A stretch of 63,741 nt of DNA, counting the filler, from Ferroacidibacillus organovorans (GTDB lineage Bacteria > Bacillota > Bacilli > Alicyclobacillales > SLC66), in the NCBI RefSeq assembly GCF_001642725.1. It is 4 parts of 4 records of this genome, joined end to end, with 100 filler letters (N's around TTAATTAATTAA, not from the genome) between each part and the next. Parts side by side here need not be neighbours in the genome. Positions count along the whole stretch, not along the records: positions 17,144 to 33,438 come from NZ_LSUQ01000059.1; 3 more parts are not named here. One strand, 5' to 3'. Positions 21,077 through 30,481 of the stretch are shown here, piece by piece. Numbering within the stretch: the stretch's first letter is position 1; every line of letters starts with the position of its first letter. The notes under the pieces are model-generated. The model was not told the origin of the DNA. It saw only the letters and a list, made by a program, of their open reading frames with translations, and searched no databases. Position numbers and translations under genes: made by a program.

Positions 21077-21296
21077 TCAAGATGCAGAGGATAGGCATAA
21101 GCGCACTTATAAGAGGTGCATCGAATGATCTCCCAAGCCAAAAGTTTCCTCTGCAAATAGTGGTGGGAGCCATCGAAGTTAGAAGGTGGTTCTCTATCAC
21201 GCTTCATATCTAAAGATGTTTCACGTCAAGTGAGATGTTGAAATCAGTGAAAGTGCGAAGCGTTTTAATTTGGATTTTTAGAAATTTACCCGACTT

Positions 21297-21681
21297 ATCC
21301 CTTGGATATTCCTGAAGCCTTTCATACAGTATCAATGTCAAATCCATTCCTCAAAAGTTGTCGAACGACCTCGTGCTTCCCTTCTAAACGTGCCCATTCT
21401 TCACGTATCTCCGCTTTCCTCATTACGGATGCTTCGTCCAAAATCGCCATGCGTCTAGAGTGGTACTCGGCAAATGCCTTGGGATTGCGACTGATATCCT
21501 CCCACTTTTCAAATGCCTCTTTCATGGCCGGGGCCTTCTTTGCAATCGTCTCTAACTCATCTCGGATTTCATCGTTGTCCGCGACTTCCAGTAGCAGTAA
21601 ACAGCGAACGAGTCGATCTTCATGTAAATTGACTGCATTTTTACGCCAGTTCGTCAGCAATTTTGGAATCTCCATGAGATA
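21297..21681 (-). pseudogene. Rpn / PD-(D/E)XK transposase-like protein, C-terminal fragment
   Basis: EIPKL...AMKEAFEKWEDIS...YHSRRMAILDE...LLRNGFD; premature TGA at 21322-21324; nuclease domain absent. Confidence 0.7.
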
Positions 21682-22329
21682 AACATTTGGATAGGCAAGT
21701 GAAACGCGCTTTGGACACCCAGTGTGCGACGGCTGGGTACACCGAGTTAGAGTGTGACGGTCGCTGGGCCGCCTTACAGACACGAACCTGAACGGAAGCT
21801 GGTCTTATAGCCACGCCAGGCGTCCCGAGAGTTCGAGCGACACCAGGGACTACACGAACACATGGCGTCATTCGGGCTGTGAAACTTGAGGTCGCTTGGA
21901 GGGAATTCGGTAAAAGGTCATGTCTCGCCTTTTTTGTAGTTTCATGAGACAAGCCTCCTTGGCGTGATCGCGATACTGGAGAAAACAAAGAGGGTGGCGA
22001 TCCGATTCGCCACCCTGCCCACTACCGCATGTTATCATCTTACCTTCCTGAAATTCGAATAGGGTGCCAAGGTTGTGTCAATGAAAGAGAAAACGTTATC
22101 TTGACTCACTGATACGGGACGGCTTCAAGCGCCTCGTGTTCGATGATAAGAAAGGAGCAATCCTGGCGAAAGGGGACAGATTGGTCTTGAGTCCTTTTTA
22201 CAGCAAGAACGTATCTTCAATGTGTATACTGAGAATGAGGTAGAAAGAGAGCTATACGCGTTTCGTGACACTCAACCAAGGGTGTATTCAGCTATCTATC
22301 AGGATAAGTAATCACGTCTTTAAAGGCGA

Positions 22330-22363
22330 CTTACGCCGATTTCGGGCAGTAGTGCGCAGTAAG
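22330..22363 (+). repeat. putative cassette recombination site
   Basis: CTTACGCCGATTTCGGGCAGTAGTGCGCAGTAAG; 19 nt identical to the integrase-proximal site at 47564-47582. Confidence 0.7.
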
Positions 22364-22385
22364 ACACAAGAAAAGGGGCGTCAAA

Positions 22386-22958
22386 GTGTCATCAATTAGC
22401 GGAATTCAGTTTACCGAGGTCAGTCTGAACGAAAAAGAGACACTTGCTCAATGGCTATCCTCAGATGAGTGGGACAACTTTAGTAATTCGAGTATCTCAT
22501 TTGAAAAAGCAGTCGGATGGATTGAGCGTGGCGGTTTACACGGAGATGATAAGAAAACATTTTGGATTGAAGTGGGGTCGCAGAGCAAGGTTGGACTTAT
22601 ACAACTGTACGATTTACTTGATTCAACCGCTATGTTTGATATCAGAATTAACACGAGTCACCGCGGCGTAGGAATAGGACGGAAGGCAGTAAGTTGGTTG
22701 ACTAACTTTGCATTTGAAAATTACACAGAAATCACACGCCTCGAAGCTAATACACGACAAGACAATGTTGCTATGCGCAAAGTTTTGCTGTCATGTGGAT
22801 ACGTAAAGGAGGCTCATTATCGAGCTGGATGGAAAACAGGTGAGAGTCCGTTGGATTGGGTTGATTCAGTAGCTTACGCGATTCTTCGCTATGATTGGGC
22901 TAATTGCACGACGACCTCCGTATTCTGGGATGACGAAAAGTCCTTTACGTCTTCTTGA
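22386..22958 (+). CDS. GNAT (RimJ/RimL-like) acetyltransferase
   Basis: RGVGIG, TRQDNVAMRKV, GYVKEAHYR; lower GC; stop codon lies inside the next repeat. Confidence 0.85.
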   Translation: MSSISGIQFTEVSLNEKETLAQWLSSDEWDNFSNSSISFEKAVGWIERGGLHGDDKKTFWIEVGSQSKVGLIQLYDLLDSTAMFDIRINTSHRGVGIGRKAVSWLTNFAFENYTEITRLEANTRQDNVAMRKVLLSCGYVKEAHYRAGWKTGESPLDWVDSVAYAILRYDWANCTTTSVFWDDEKSFTSS

Positions 22959-22983
22959 GGTAATGGGGCCAAATCTGCAATAG
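22951..22983 (+). repeat. putative cassette recombination site
   Basis: CTTCTTGAGGTAATGGGGCCAAATCTGCAATAG. Confidence 0.55.
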
Positions 22984-23031
22984 TCATCACGGAGCCGCTG
23001 GTGTAGGATTATACAGGTACGCGTCGCGGGG

Positions 23032-23065
23032 TTTGCTGCAGTTTCGGGCAGCATAATTGGAAAAG
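23032..23065 (+). repeat. putative cassette recombination site
   Basis: TTTGCTGCAGTTTCGGGCAGCATAATTGGAAAAG. Confidence 0.6.
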
Positions 23066-23161
23066 AAGATGCCCCCGTTTCGATTATCAATACCTTATTT
23101 ATCAAGGTATTATCGATTCCTATACTTGATTCAAAGTCGTTTCTGATTCGGGGGTGCCCAG

Positions 23162-23941
23162 ATGCCGATTAATTTCATTGATGAACGAAACAAGTTCACT
23201 TATACCGGCAGAACTGCTGATGAATCTTGGACTAAAGCAATTTTGTCCATTGCTGATCCCAACGGTCTTTGTATTGCCGATGTTGGATGTGGTGGTGGCA
23301 TTTATTCAAGGGCTTGGCTTGCATTAGGGGCAAGGGAAGTCACAGGAGTAGACAGCTCACCAAACATGATTTCGGCAGCTACAGAAAGTTGTTCTGATTT
23401 ATACAGTATCTTGTTTCAAGTCGGTGATGCGGCAAACACGGGGTTAACCGAGAGTTCAGTCGATGTCGTGTTTCAACGAGCTTTGATTCATCATCTGACA
23501 GATATTCGCCCCTGTCTAGAGGAAGCAACCCGAATCCTGAAGCCAGGAGGGAAGGTGATTATTCAAGACCGTACTCCCGATGATATTGCGTTACCAGGTT
23601 CATGTGAACATATTCGGGGATACTTCTTCGAATGCTTTCCACGACTTTTGAAGCTCGAGTCTGGTCGTCGTAGAACAGATGAAGCAGTTCTGAGTGAACT
23701 ACATACCGTCGGATTCGAACAAACTAAGTCGATAACTGCGTGGGAAACTAGGAAAGTATATCCATCAAAGGAAGAGTTCCTTGAAGACGTTCGACAGCGA
23801 AAAGGGAGGTCAATTTTGCACGAGCTTAACGCTAGTGAAATCGGATTGCTGGTCTCATTTATCGATGAGAGGTTACATGATTTTGATGAAATCATCGAGA
23901 AGGATCGATGGACTATTTGGATTGCAACAAACCCACGATAA
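23162..23941 (+). CDS. class I SAM-dependent methyltransferase
   Basis: DVGCGGG motif I; RILKPGG. Confidence 0.88.
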   Translation: MPINFIDERNKFTYTGRTADESWTKAILSIADPNGLCIADVGCGGGIYSRAWLALGAREVTGVDSSPNMISAATESCSDLYSILFQVGDAANTGLTESSVDVVFQRALIHHLTDIRPCLEEATRILKPGGKVIIQDRTPDDIALPGSCEHIRGYFFECFPRLLKLESGRRRTDEAVLSELHTVGFEQTKSITAWETRKVYPSKEEFLEDVRQRKGRSILHELNASEIGLLVSFIDERLHDFDEIIEKDRWTIWIATNPR

Positions 23942-23953
23942 TTCCCACCCTGG

Positions 23954-23987
23954 GTTCTTGCATTTACGGGTGCAAGTCCTGAAGAAG
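23954..23987 (+). repeat. putative cassette recombination site
   Basis: GTTCTTGCATTTACGGGTGCAAGTCCTGAAGAAG, just after the gene stop. Confidence 0.6.
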
Positions 23988-24034
23988 AGTAGCCTGCTCC
24001 TTGTTGCATGAATATTCAATGTGAGGTAGTCACT

Positions 24035-24069
24035 GTTCTTCGGATATGGGGGCAGGAATACGACGTAAG
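24035..24069 (+). repeat. putative cassette recombination site
   Basis: GTTCTTCGGATATGGGGGCAGGAATACGACGTAAG. Confidence 0.55.
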
Positions 24070-24131
24070 CGGACTGCGTTGACGGCAAGAAAACATGCCT
24101 TGGAATAGTAGATTGGAGGAATGAATTCTCT

Positions 24132-24989
24132 ATGACACGAGAACCGGGACAAATGCAAAACAAAATGTTTTTGCGCGAGATCATCGAATCTGATCAGTTG
24201 CCGTCCGGTGAGAACGCTGGGCAATTCGCGCGTGAATTGATGCAAAACTTGGTTTCTTCTGATCCAGAGCTCCGAGATGATCTAACGTATCGGCTGATGG
24301 GCATGCTTAGCGTCGGAGGACACCTCGGATTCTCCGATCACGAAGAGTTACTCGGGATGTCGACGGATGCTGAGCATCTATTCCATGGAATCGGAGAATC
24401 AGGCACGGACACGGTCTTTATGCGATCATTCTCAGCCTTGATGATTCCGCTATTGCTAGTACACGGCGAATATGCTCACAGATTCAGCACATCAGTAGTG
24501 GAGGAAGTAGCTAATCGCCTCCTGAGCTACGCCATCACCGAGCGGGACTGGCGCGGGTATGTACCAGACAAGGGGTGGGCTCATTCTGTTGCACATACAG
24601 CTGACGCGCTTATGGCTTGTGGCACCCACCCGGCAGCAACCAAGGAGTTGGGTGACTCAATTCTGCAGGGTATCAAACATCTTGCAATGGTCCCGTATCC
24701 TTTAGGATACCTGGAAGACGACCGATTGGCGTTCGCCGCGTTCTCGATCATCCATCACAACAAGACTGAGTCAGCTAACATTCAACGATGGTTGGACTCA
24801 TTTCAACTCGTAACGGACCAAGATAATGATGGGGATGAGACATTGTGTGGGGCAAACGCGGAACACTTTCTACGGAGCCTCTACTTTCGGTTCCTGCATG
24901 CAGATCGAATGAATACATGGCTCGAGAGAGTCGTTGAGGCTCTGGCGCGATTCGATATCTATCATCTTGACTGTTTACCAGGCAGTTAA
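24132..24989 (+). CDS. DUF2785 domain protein
   Basis: DPELRD, VFMRSFS, RGYVPDKGWAHSVAHTADAL, EDDRL. Confidence 0.85.
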   Translation: MTREPGQMQNKMFLREIIESDQLPSGENAGQFARELMQNLVSSDPELRDDLTYRLMGMLSVGGHLGFSDHEELLGMSTDAEHLFHGIGESGTDTVFMRSFSALMIPLLLVHGEYAHRFSTSVVEEVANRLLSYAITERDWRGYVPDKGWAHSVAHTADALMACGTHPAATKELGDSILQGIKHLAMVPYPLGYLEDDRLAFAAFSIIHHNKTESANIQRWLDSFQLVTDQDNDGDETLCGANAEHFLRSLYFRFLHADRMNTWLERVVEALARFDIYHLDCLPGS

Positions 24990-25172
24990 CGTGATGGAGG
25001 TTTGGTAGACTAGTAGAAAAGCAAATCAACTTCTTGTTGAAGGAATACTCCTAGGAACTGCAAGGAAGCTCTTGACATGATTATGCGTTTGTTACCGCGA
25101 CCGTCTTGCTGCGCAATCAGGCAGAAAAACGCAACACGCATGCTATGTAATTTTTTCTCAGGAGGTGATTTT

Positions 25173-25466
25173 TTGTCAAAGCTAAAACGTTGGTGGTTTC
25201 CTACATTGCTTGCTCTCATTATTCTTTTCGTGTGCGACTTTTTGTTTTTCACTCGACCATTGATATCTTATCAACGGGCTCTACGAATCGCAAACGAAAA
25301 AGTGAAGAATGTAGCCTCAAGTTCACAAGTACAGTTCGGTGAGGTTAGACTGGCTTGGTACGACAATGGACGACTGTTTGATCCACGTAGAGTGTATATC
25401 GTTACTGGTCAAGACAATGCTCGACAGTTCACTATCAACTACGTGCAAGCACTTGTTGATGCTTGA
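25173..25466 (+). pseudogene. small membrane-anchored PepSY-like protein, probably with a premature stop
   Basis: GGAGGTG RBS plus TTG; N-terminal TM; VDA*NGKVI resembles a PepSY end interrupted by TGA. Confidence 0.45.
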
Positions 25467-25591
25467 AACGGCAAGGTGATTGCTATCTATAGCATCGATC
25501 ATCCATATCAAAACATGTTTTCACAGACAAGTGTGAGGAAAGCTGAGCAGGTAGCGGAAAACTATTTAAAGCCTCCAAAACAGTGATGAAA

Positions 25592-25626
25592 TTTGTGTTG
25601 CTAACGGAGGCGTGTCTAGAACATAG
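25592..25626 (+). repeat. putative cassette recombination site (degenerate)
   Basis: TTTGTGTTGCTAACGGAGGCGTGTCTAGAACATAG. Confidence 0.4.
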
Positions 25627-25719
25627 GATCGCCTGTCAGACTGCGTAAATATACAATGGTGAAGTGATGCAAGTTCCGTCACAATCGAGCAGAAGAACGA
25701 CAGAAAGGGGGATTCATCG

Positions 25720-26193
25720 TTGGAAGTAGTGCATGCCACGATGGACGACATTACCGAGTGGCTAAAACTGGCGGCTGAAGTGGAATATTTATTTGGATCT
25801 ATGGTTAGCGACCAAAATTTCGTTAAGGGATTAGAAAAAACCATTGGTCGGAATTCGGCTTATTGCGTACGACTCAATGGCGGTCCACCAGGTAGTCCAT
25901 TACTTGGAGGATTGTTGTGGTCATCTAATCCTCCCACATACAAAATAGGCTGGTTATCGGTGTCTTTTAAGGCACGAAAGCAGGGCGTAGCGACCGAATT
26001 ACTTAATTATGTGTTTAGGTTGGTAAAAACTCCCGCAGAGGTAGTGGTCACTACTTTTGGTGATAATGTAATTGAAGGGCGACCTGCAAGGATGCTGTAT
26101 AAGAAGTTCGGATTTGTTCCATTGGACGAGCCACTTCCGAATGGTCCAGAAGGTGTTTCGCGCCAAAAATTCAAGAGGATTTTGACCTCGTGA
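25720..26193 (+). CDS. GNAT acetyltransferase
   Basis: RKQGVA and ARMLYKKFGF motifs; lower GC. Confidence 0.85.
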   Translation: MEVVHATMDDITEWLKLAAEVEYLFGSMVSDQNFVKGLEKTIGRNSAYCVRLNGGPPGSPLLGGLLWSSNPPTYKIGWLSVSFKARKQGVATELLNYVFRLVKTPAEVVVTTFGDNVIEGRPARMLYKKFGFVPLDEPLPNGPEGVSRQKFKRILTS

Positions 26194-26524
26194 AATTGTA
26201 CTCACGTGGGTAAGAACTGAAGCCTCATCCCACGTGGTTCTTGCATGAAAATTCTCTCTCGTCGATGGCACCGAAACGATTGGGCAGAAGTGCTACGGAT
26301 TAACCGTGTGATTTGACTGTAAGGGATGTGTCGGCATAACTGTTTATCTTTCATATCCATCTACAGAATTTCAAAACGAGTATTTGTCCTTTTATCACGA
26401 ATGGGTTGGGAGAGGAGAAGACATGATACCATGGGTCATTTCCAAAGACCCTTCAAATTTTCATGGAATGGTTCATTTTCTCAAGACACACCTTCGTTTT
26501 TGGATACAGCTATAAGCCTTGGAA

Positions 26525-26557
26525 CTTCTTGACCAAACGGGAGAAGTATGCAACACG
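26525..26557 (+). repeat. putative cassette recombination site
   Basis: CTTCTTGACCAAACGGGAGAAGTATGCAACACG. Confidence 0.5.
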
Positions 26558-26577
26558 AAAGTTGAGGGATATGGCGA

Positions 26578-27330
26578 ATGCATTCGATGGTAGCATATGA
26601 AAATGCAATTGTTGATGGGATACCGGTCTCCCAATTTGCACTTAGAGAGCGTACATCAGAATCACTGCCTACAATCTTCTTGTATCACGGTTGGGACTCA
26701 GCTAAAGACAACTACGTATTTGAAGCCGAAGTCTTGAGTCTGTTTGGTTTCCGAGTGATTGTGACTGATGCACCACTTCACGGAGATCGTTCGGTTGAAC
26801 GAAACGTACAAAGTGACTTCTGGAAGGTTATAATTCAATCGGTCGAGGAATTCAAGAGTCTCTTGGATTATGCCCATCTTACATGGGGAGTTAATGCGAA
26901 AACCAGTGCTTTAGTTGGAAGTTCTATGGGCGGATTCACTGTGGCTGGAATCTTTGCTAATTATCCGGATGTTCATTGTGTCGTTAGTATTAATGGTTCT
27001 GGGGCATGGGAAGAGTCTGAGGCTTTGTTCCGTCGCATGGATGGACGTAGCCCTGCCACCGATGAAGAATTACATCTGATTCGCCTGTTTGACCCAATAC
27101 GAAAAATAGCACGTCTACCACGTCGTCCAATTCTTCTGCAACACGGTGCTTCTGATTCCATTGTTCCGATAGACGGGCAACGTAAGTTCTATAAGGAATT
27201 GCTAAAGAATTACGTGGGAAATCATACAACGCTTGTTGAATTTCAAGAGGTTCCACGAATGAACCATTATATCAGTATCGGAATGTTTGAATACGTGTAC
27301 AAATGGGTAAGTGAACAACTCAAACGATAA
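26578..27330 (+). CDS. alpha/beta hydrolase (YjfP/YitV-like esterase)
   Basis: YHGW, GSSMGG nucleophile elbow, HGASDSIVP, NH. Confidence 0.85.
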   Translation: MHSMVAYENAIVDGIPVSQFALRERTSESLPTIFLYHGWDSAKDNYVFEAEVLSLFGFRVIVTDAPLHGDRSVERNVQSDFWKVIIQSVEEFKSLLDYAHLTWGVNAKTSALVGSSMGGFTVAGIFANYPDVHCVVSINGSGAWEESEALFRRMDGRSPATDEELHLIRLFDPIRKIARLPRRPILLQHGASDSIVPIDGQRKFYKELLKNYVGNHTTLVEFQEVPRMNHYISIGMFEYVYKWVSEQLKR

Positions 27331-27334
27331 GAGA

Positions 27335-27368
27335 GTTGTTGCGTTAGCGGGGACAAAATTCCAATAAG
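27335..27368 (+). repeat. putative cassette recombination site
   Basis: GTTGTTGCGTTAGCGGGGACAAAATTCCAATAAG, just after the gene stop. Confidence 0.6.
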
Positions 27369-27522
27369 GCGGTGCCTGAAATACGGAATACACATGCCAA
27401 ATTGCTGCTAAAAATAAGCGCTAAAGCTGATCTGAACATACGTGACGTACATACATCCGTCAATACTTTCCGCCGCTTGGATGTATACTGACGGGAAACC
27501 ATCCAGAGAGGATGATTCACCC

Positions 27523-27762
27523 GTGAACTCCAACAATGGTCAACACAAATTTACCAACCGCCTGATCCACGAAAAATCCCCATACCTGCTCCAACACGCC
27601 CACAACCCGGTCGACTTGTACCCATGGGGGCCAGAGGCGTTCCAAAAAGCAGTCCGCGAGTCGAAGGCTGTATTCCCCTCCATCGGCTATTCGTAGCCCT
27701 GAGGGGCTATGAATAGCAATATACGCTGAAAGTGGATTCGTTTATCGACCTGTCACTGGTAG
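27523..27762 (+). pseudogene. yyaL: YyaL/DUF255 thioredoxin-domain gene, 5' fragment with a 54-nt in-frame gap, truncated after TCHW
   Basis: [32 protein letters not shown], then after 54 nt TCHW followed by TAG. Confidence 0.85.
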
Positions 27763-27968
27763 CGGATCCGTAAACTACTCCAGCCGAGATATTTTCAAGA
27801 AACCAATACGTTTATTTACATGACCTCACTTTGTTTCACTTCCCTTCTGAACGCAGTACCACGCTAACTTGACGTCTTCAAAAAACGACCCGCGCGCGTT
27901 ATAATTACCTTATGCAGTTGTGCAATATTGTTCGGGTCTATGCCGTTATGATAAAAGGAGGGCTGTCG

Positions 27969-28223
27969 GTGACTGTGGAGCGGGAAGAACTGCGGCGTTT
28001 GGTGGATGAACTCCCTGAAAATGAGCTGAATGCGGCACGCCGATACCTCGAATTCATTCGAGACGTGGGGAAGGATCCTGTTCGCTTTGCACTTGAAAAC
28101 GCTATGCTTGATGATGAACCGGAAACAGATGAAGAGAGGGAACGTGCCAAGCGGGCGGATGAGGATTTCATGGCTGGGCGAACGACGTCGATGGACGAAC
28201 TGAAGAGAGAACTGGGGCTATGA
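27969..28223 (+). CDS. putative type II antitoxin
   Basis: AAGGAGG RBS; acidic; C-terminal MDELKRELGL; ATGA overlap with the toxin. Confidence 0.75.
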   Translation: MTVEREELRRLVDELPENELNAARRYLEFIRDVGKDPVRFALENAMLDDEPETDEERERAKRADEDFMAGRTTSMDELKRELGL

Positions 28224-28480
28224 GATACGAGATTGAATGGTCTCAAGGGGCCCTGAAGGACATTCGGCGGTTGGACAAGCCGCTGATCGAGCGGATTACA
28301 CGCGCCATTGAGGTATTCGCCGAGACGGGTCGTGGCGACGTGAAACGTCTGATCAACGCGGATGGCGCGTATCGTTTGCGCGTGGGCGAGTGGAGAGTTC
28401 GGTTCCGCTTTGTTCATAGAGAGATTCAAATTATGCTCATCCAGGCTGTGTTGCCTCGGAGTGAAGCGTACAAACGCTGA
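28220..28480 (+). CDS. RelE/ParE family toxin
   Basis: ALKDIRRLD, GDVKRL, YRLRVGEWRVRF, RSEAYK. Confidence 0.88.
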   Translation: MRYEIEWSQGALKDIRRLDKPLIERITRAIEVFAETGRGDVKRLINADGAYRLRVGEWRVRFRFVHREIQIMLIQAVLPRSEAYKR

Positions 28481-28629
28481 CTTGCGCAGATGACGATCGG
28501 CTTTTCACTGTGGTTTCGTGCTGCAGCGTTCAGTGGAAGCTATGATCGCCTTCAACAGGTGAGCAAAACAGTCATTGCTATCCAACTGTTGGTCATGATT
28601 TTGGAGAAGTTCGTATGATTCCCCTTCAC

Positions 28630-30123
28630 TTATCGAAGCTTCACCTGAATATCGACCTCATCCCCGTTTCGCGTATATTCGATCCGCAGAGTGATCAGCT
28701 TCATAAGCCGATTCCGCTCCTTTACGTTGATAGCGGTTGTCCAGGACGCTTTGAGTTCATCAATCATCTGCAGCCGTTCGGCGTGAATGAGGGGCGAGTA
28801 CCCGTCCAAGCTCTCCTTTAGTTGCTCGTAATCGTTCTCCTTCTTCACAATGAGCTCCTTCAGGCGTTGCAGCCGCGTTTTGTATTCCAACTTTGTCACA
28901 TCGCCCATGACGAACAAGTCCTTGAGCCGATTTACTCCATCCCGCAGCGATTCGAGTTCTCGCTCCTTCGTGTGCAGCAGATGCTCCGTCGGAATTCCCG
29001 ATTCGTGAATTTAAATCGGCGTTCTCAGGAGCTCCGCTTCGTGTTCGCGTAGACTCTCTATGACCGCCCTTTCCACATGTTCGAGTTCGATCCCGCGATT
29101 GCCACAACATTTCCCAAAGGTATCCGTCTTCTGACACTTCTTCACGAGTGTGCGACCGTTCGGTTTCGGTTGGAACTGCAGGGAGTAGCCGCATTTGGCA
29201 CAATAGAGCAAGCCGGAGAGCAGGTATGTGCCGCGACGTGCGTGCTTGGGCTGGATTCGGCGGCTTTCAAGCAGCGTGACGATCCCTGCGTGTTCCTCCG
29301 GGGTCTTGACCGCTGGATGAGCATTTTCAACGACGATTCAGGTTTCACGTGGGATTACTTTGAACGGCGCAGCTTTACGTTTCTTGTGCAGTCCACCACT
29401 CGTTTTGCCGTAGACGACGCGACCGAGATGCACTTCATTCAGGATGAGCCGGTACAGCACGCTTTCAGACCACAGTTTGCCTTTCGGGGACGGGATGCAG
29501 CGACGGTTAAGCTCTCAGCAGACGCCGCTGCACGTGGCACCGCTCAAAATCCGTTGCTTCATGAAGTTGTAGACATCCAGTTTCTCGGGATCTACATCCA
29601 GGCTGTGGGCTTCTGAGTTATACACGTACGGGAAGGGGGCAGGACCGTTGGTCCAGTGGCCAAGCCTTGCCCCAATTTTCTTACCGCGCTGGAACCGCTT
29701 CTTAATCATCCGATACTCATACCGGGCGAAGACGCCCTCGATATCCGTGATCAGTTCCTGATCCTCATCGTTCAGGTCGTAGACGCGCTGTGGCGTGACA
29801 ACAAGGGTGTTCGACTTCTGAAGGGTCTTCTCTACCCGCGCCCGATCCTCTTTGTCGCCGCGACTGAGCCTGTCATAGTCCATGACCACGATGGCGTCAT
29901 AGAAATCATTCTCGATGTCCTTCAGCAGCCGTTTGAACTCGGGACGGAAATCGATACTGTCGGAACTGCCAATCTCCCGGTAAATGACATAGCGCCAGTT
30001 GTTTTTTCGAACGAGATCGGTAAGCGCGGTTTCGTGTTTGAGGAGGACATCTTCTTCATCGCCCGTGTCGTCCCGGCTTTTGCGCAAATACACAGCCACC
30101 TCATAAATTTTCTTCTGCTCCAT
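28630..30123 (-). pseudogene. large serine recombinase with three in-frame nonsense codons
   Basis: YLRKSR, DRLSRG, LYCAKCG zinc ribbon, coiled coil; single frame with stops at 29515-29517, 29338-29340 and 29011-29013. Confidence 0.88.
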
Positions 30124-30481
30124 GTCGTGTCACCTCGATTGTCAGGTTATAGTACGGATGTTCAGCTTGGCTCTGGGTTGCGGATGAAGTCAACGGCAGG
30201 AGATGGACGCCATTTCACGCTGCATGTGCGATATGGTGTCTTGGTGTGAAACCTGGGCACGGTCTGATGGCATACGTCCCGCCACATCGCCGCACACGTT
30301 GGCCCGTGTGCGGCGATTCGCGGCGCGGGCGACGGTAGGCAGATTTCCTCCAATCGCTGCGAATGCGGGGAACGTGTGGCGGCAAAGTTCAGGTAAGCAC
30401 CTACGGATAACAGGATTTGACTTGATGGCGGACGGGAACGAGAGTTACAGTCGGACAAACGTTTCCGGGAGTGGATCGCCA

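Noticed and set aside
21869..21946. 25-aa ORF MKLQKRRDMTFY... with an AAGGAGG SD on the minus strand
   Set aside because: No recognisable features or hydrophobic toxin pattern; it cannot be supported without conservation data.
22330..27368. Array repeats as CRISPR repeats or classical attC sites
   Set aside because: The repeats are degenerate and separated by whole genes, there are no cas genes, and no GTTRRRY/RYYYAAC boxes or long folded arms are present.
27694..27747. yyaL gap as simple stop read-through or selenocysteine insertion
   Set aside because: Three in-frame stops occur, and the 18 extra codons would split a conserved motif.
28630..30123. TGA codons in the serine recombinase as recoding (Trp or Sec)
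   Set aside because: A TAA is also present, neighbouring genes are decayed, and TGA serves as a normal stop elsewhere in the window.
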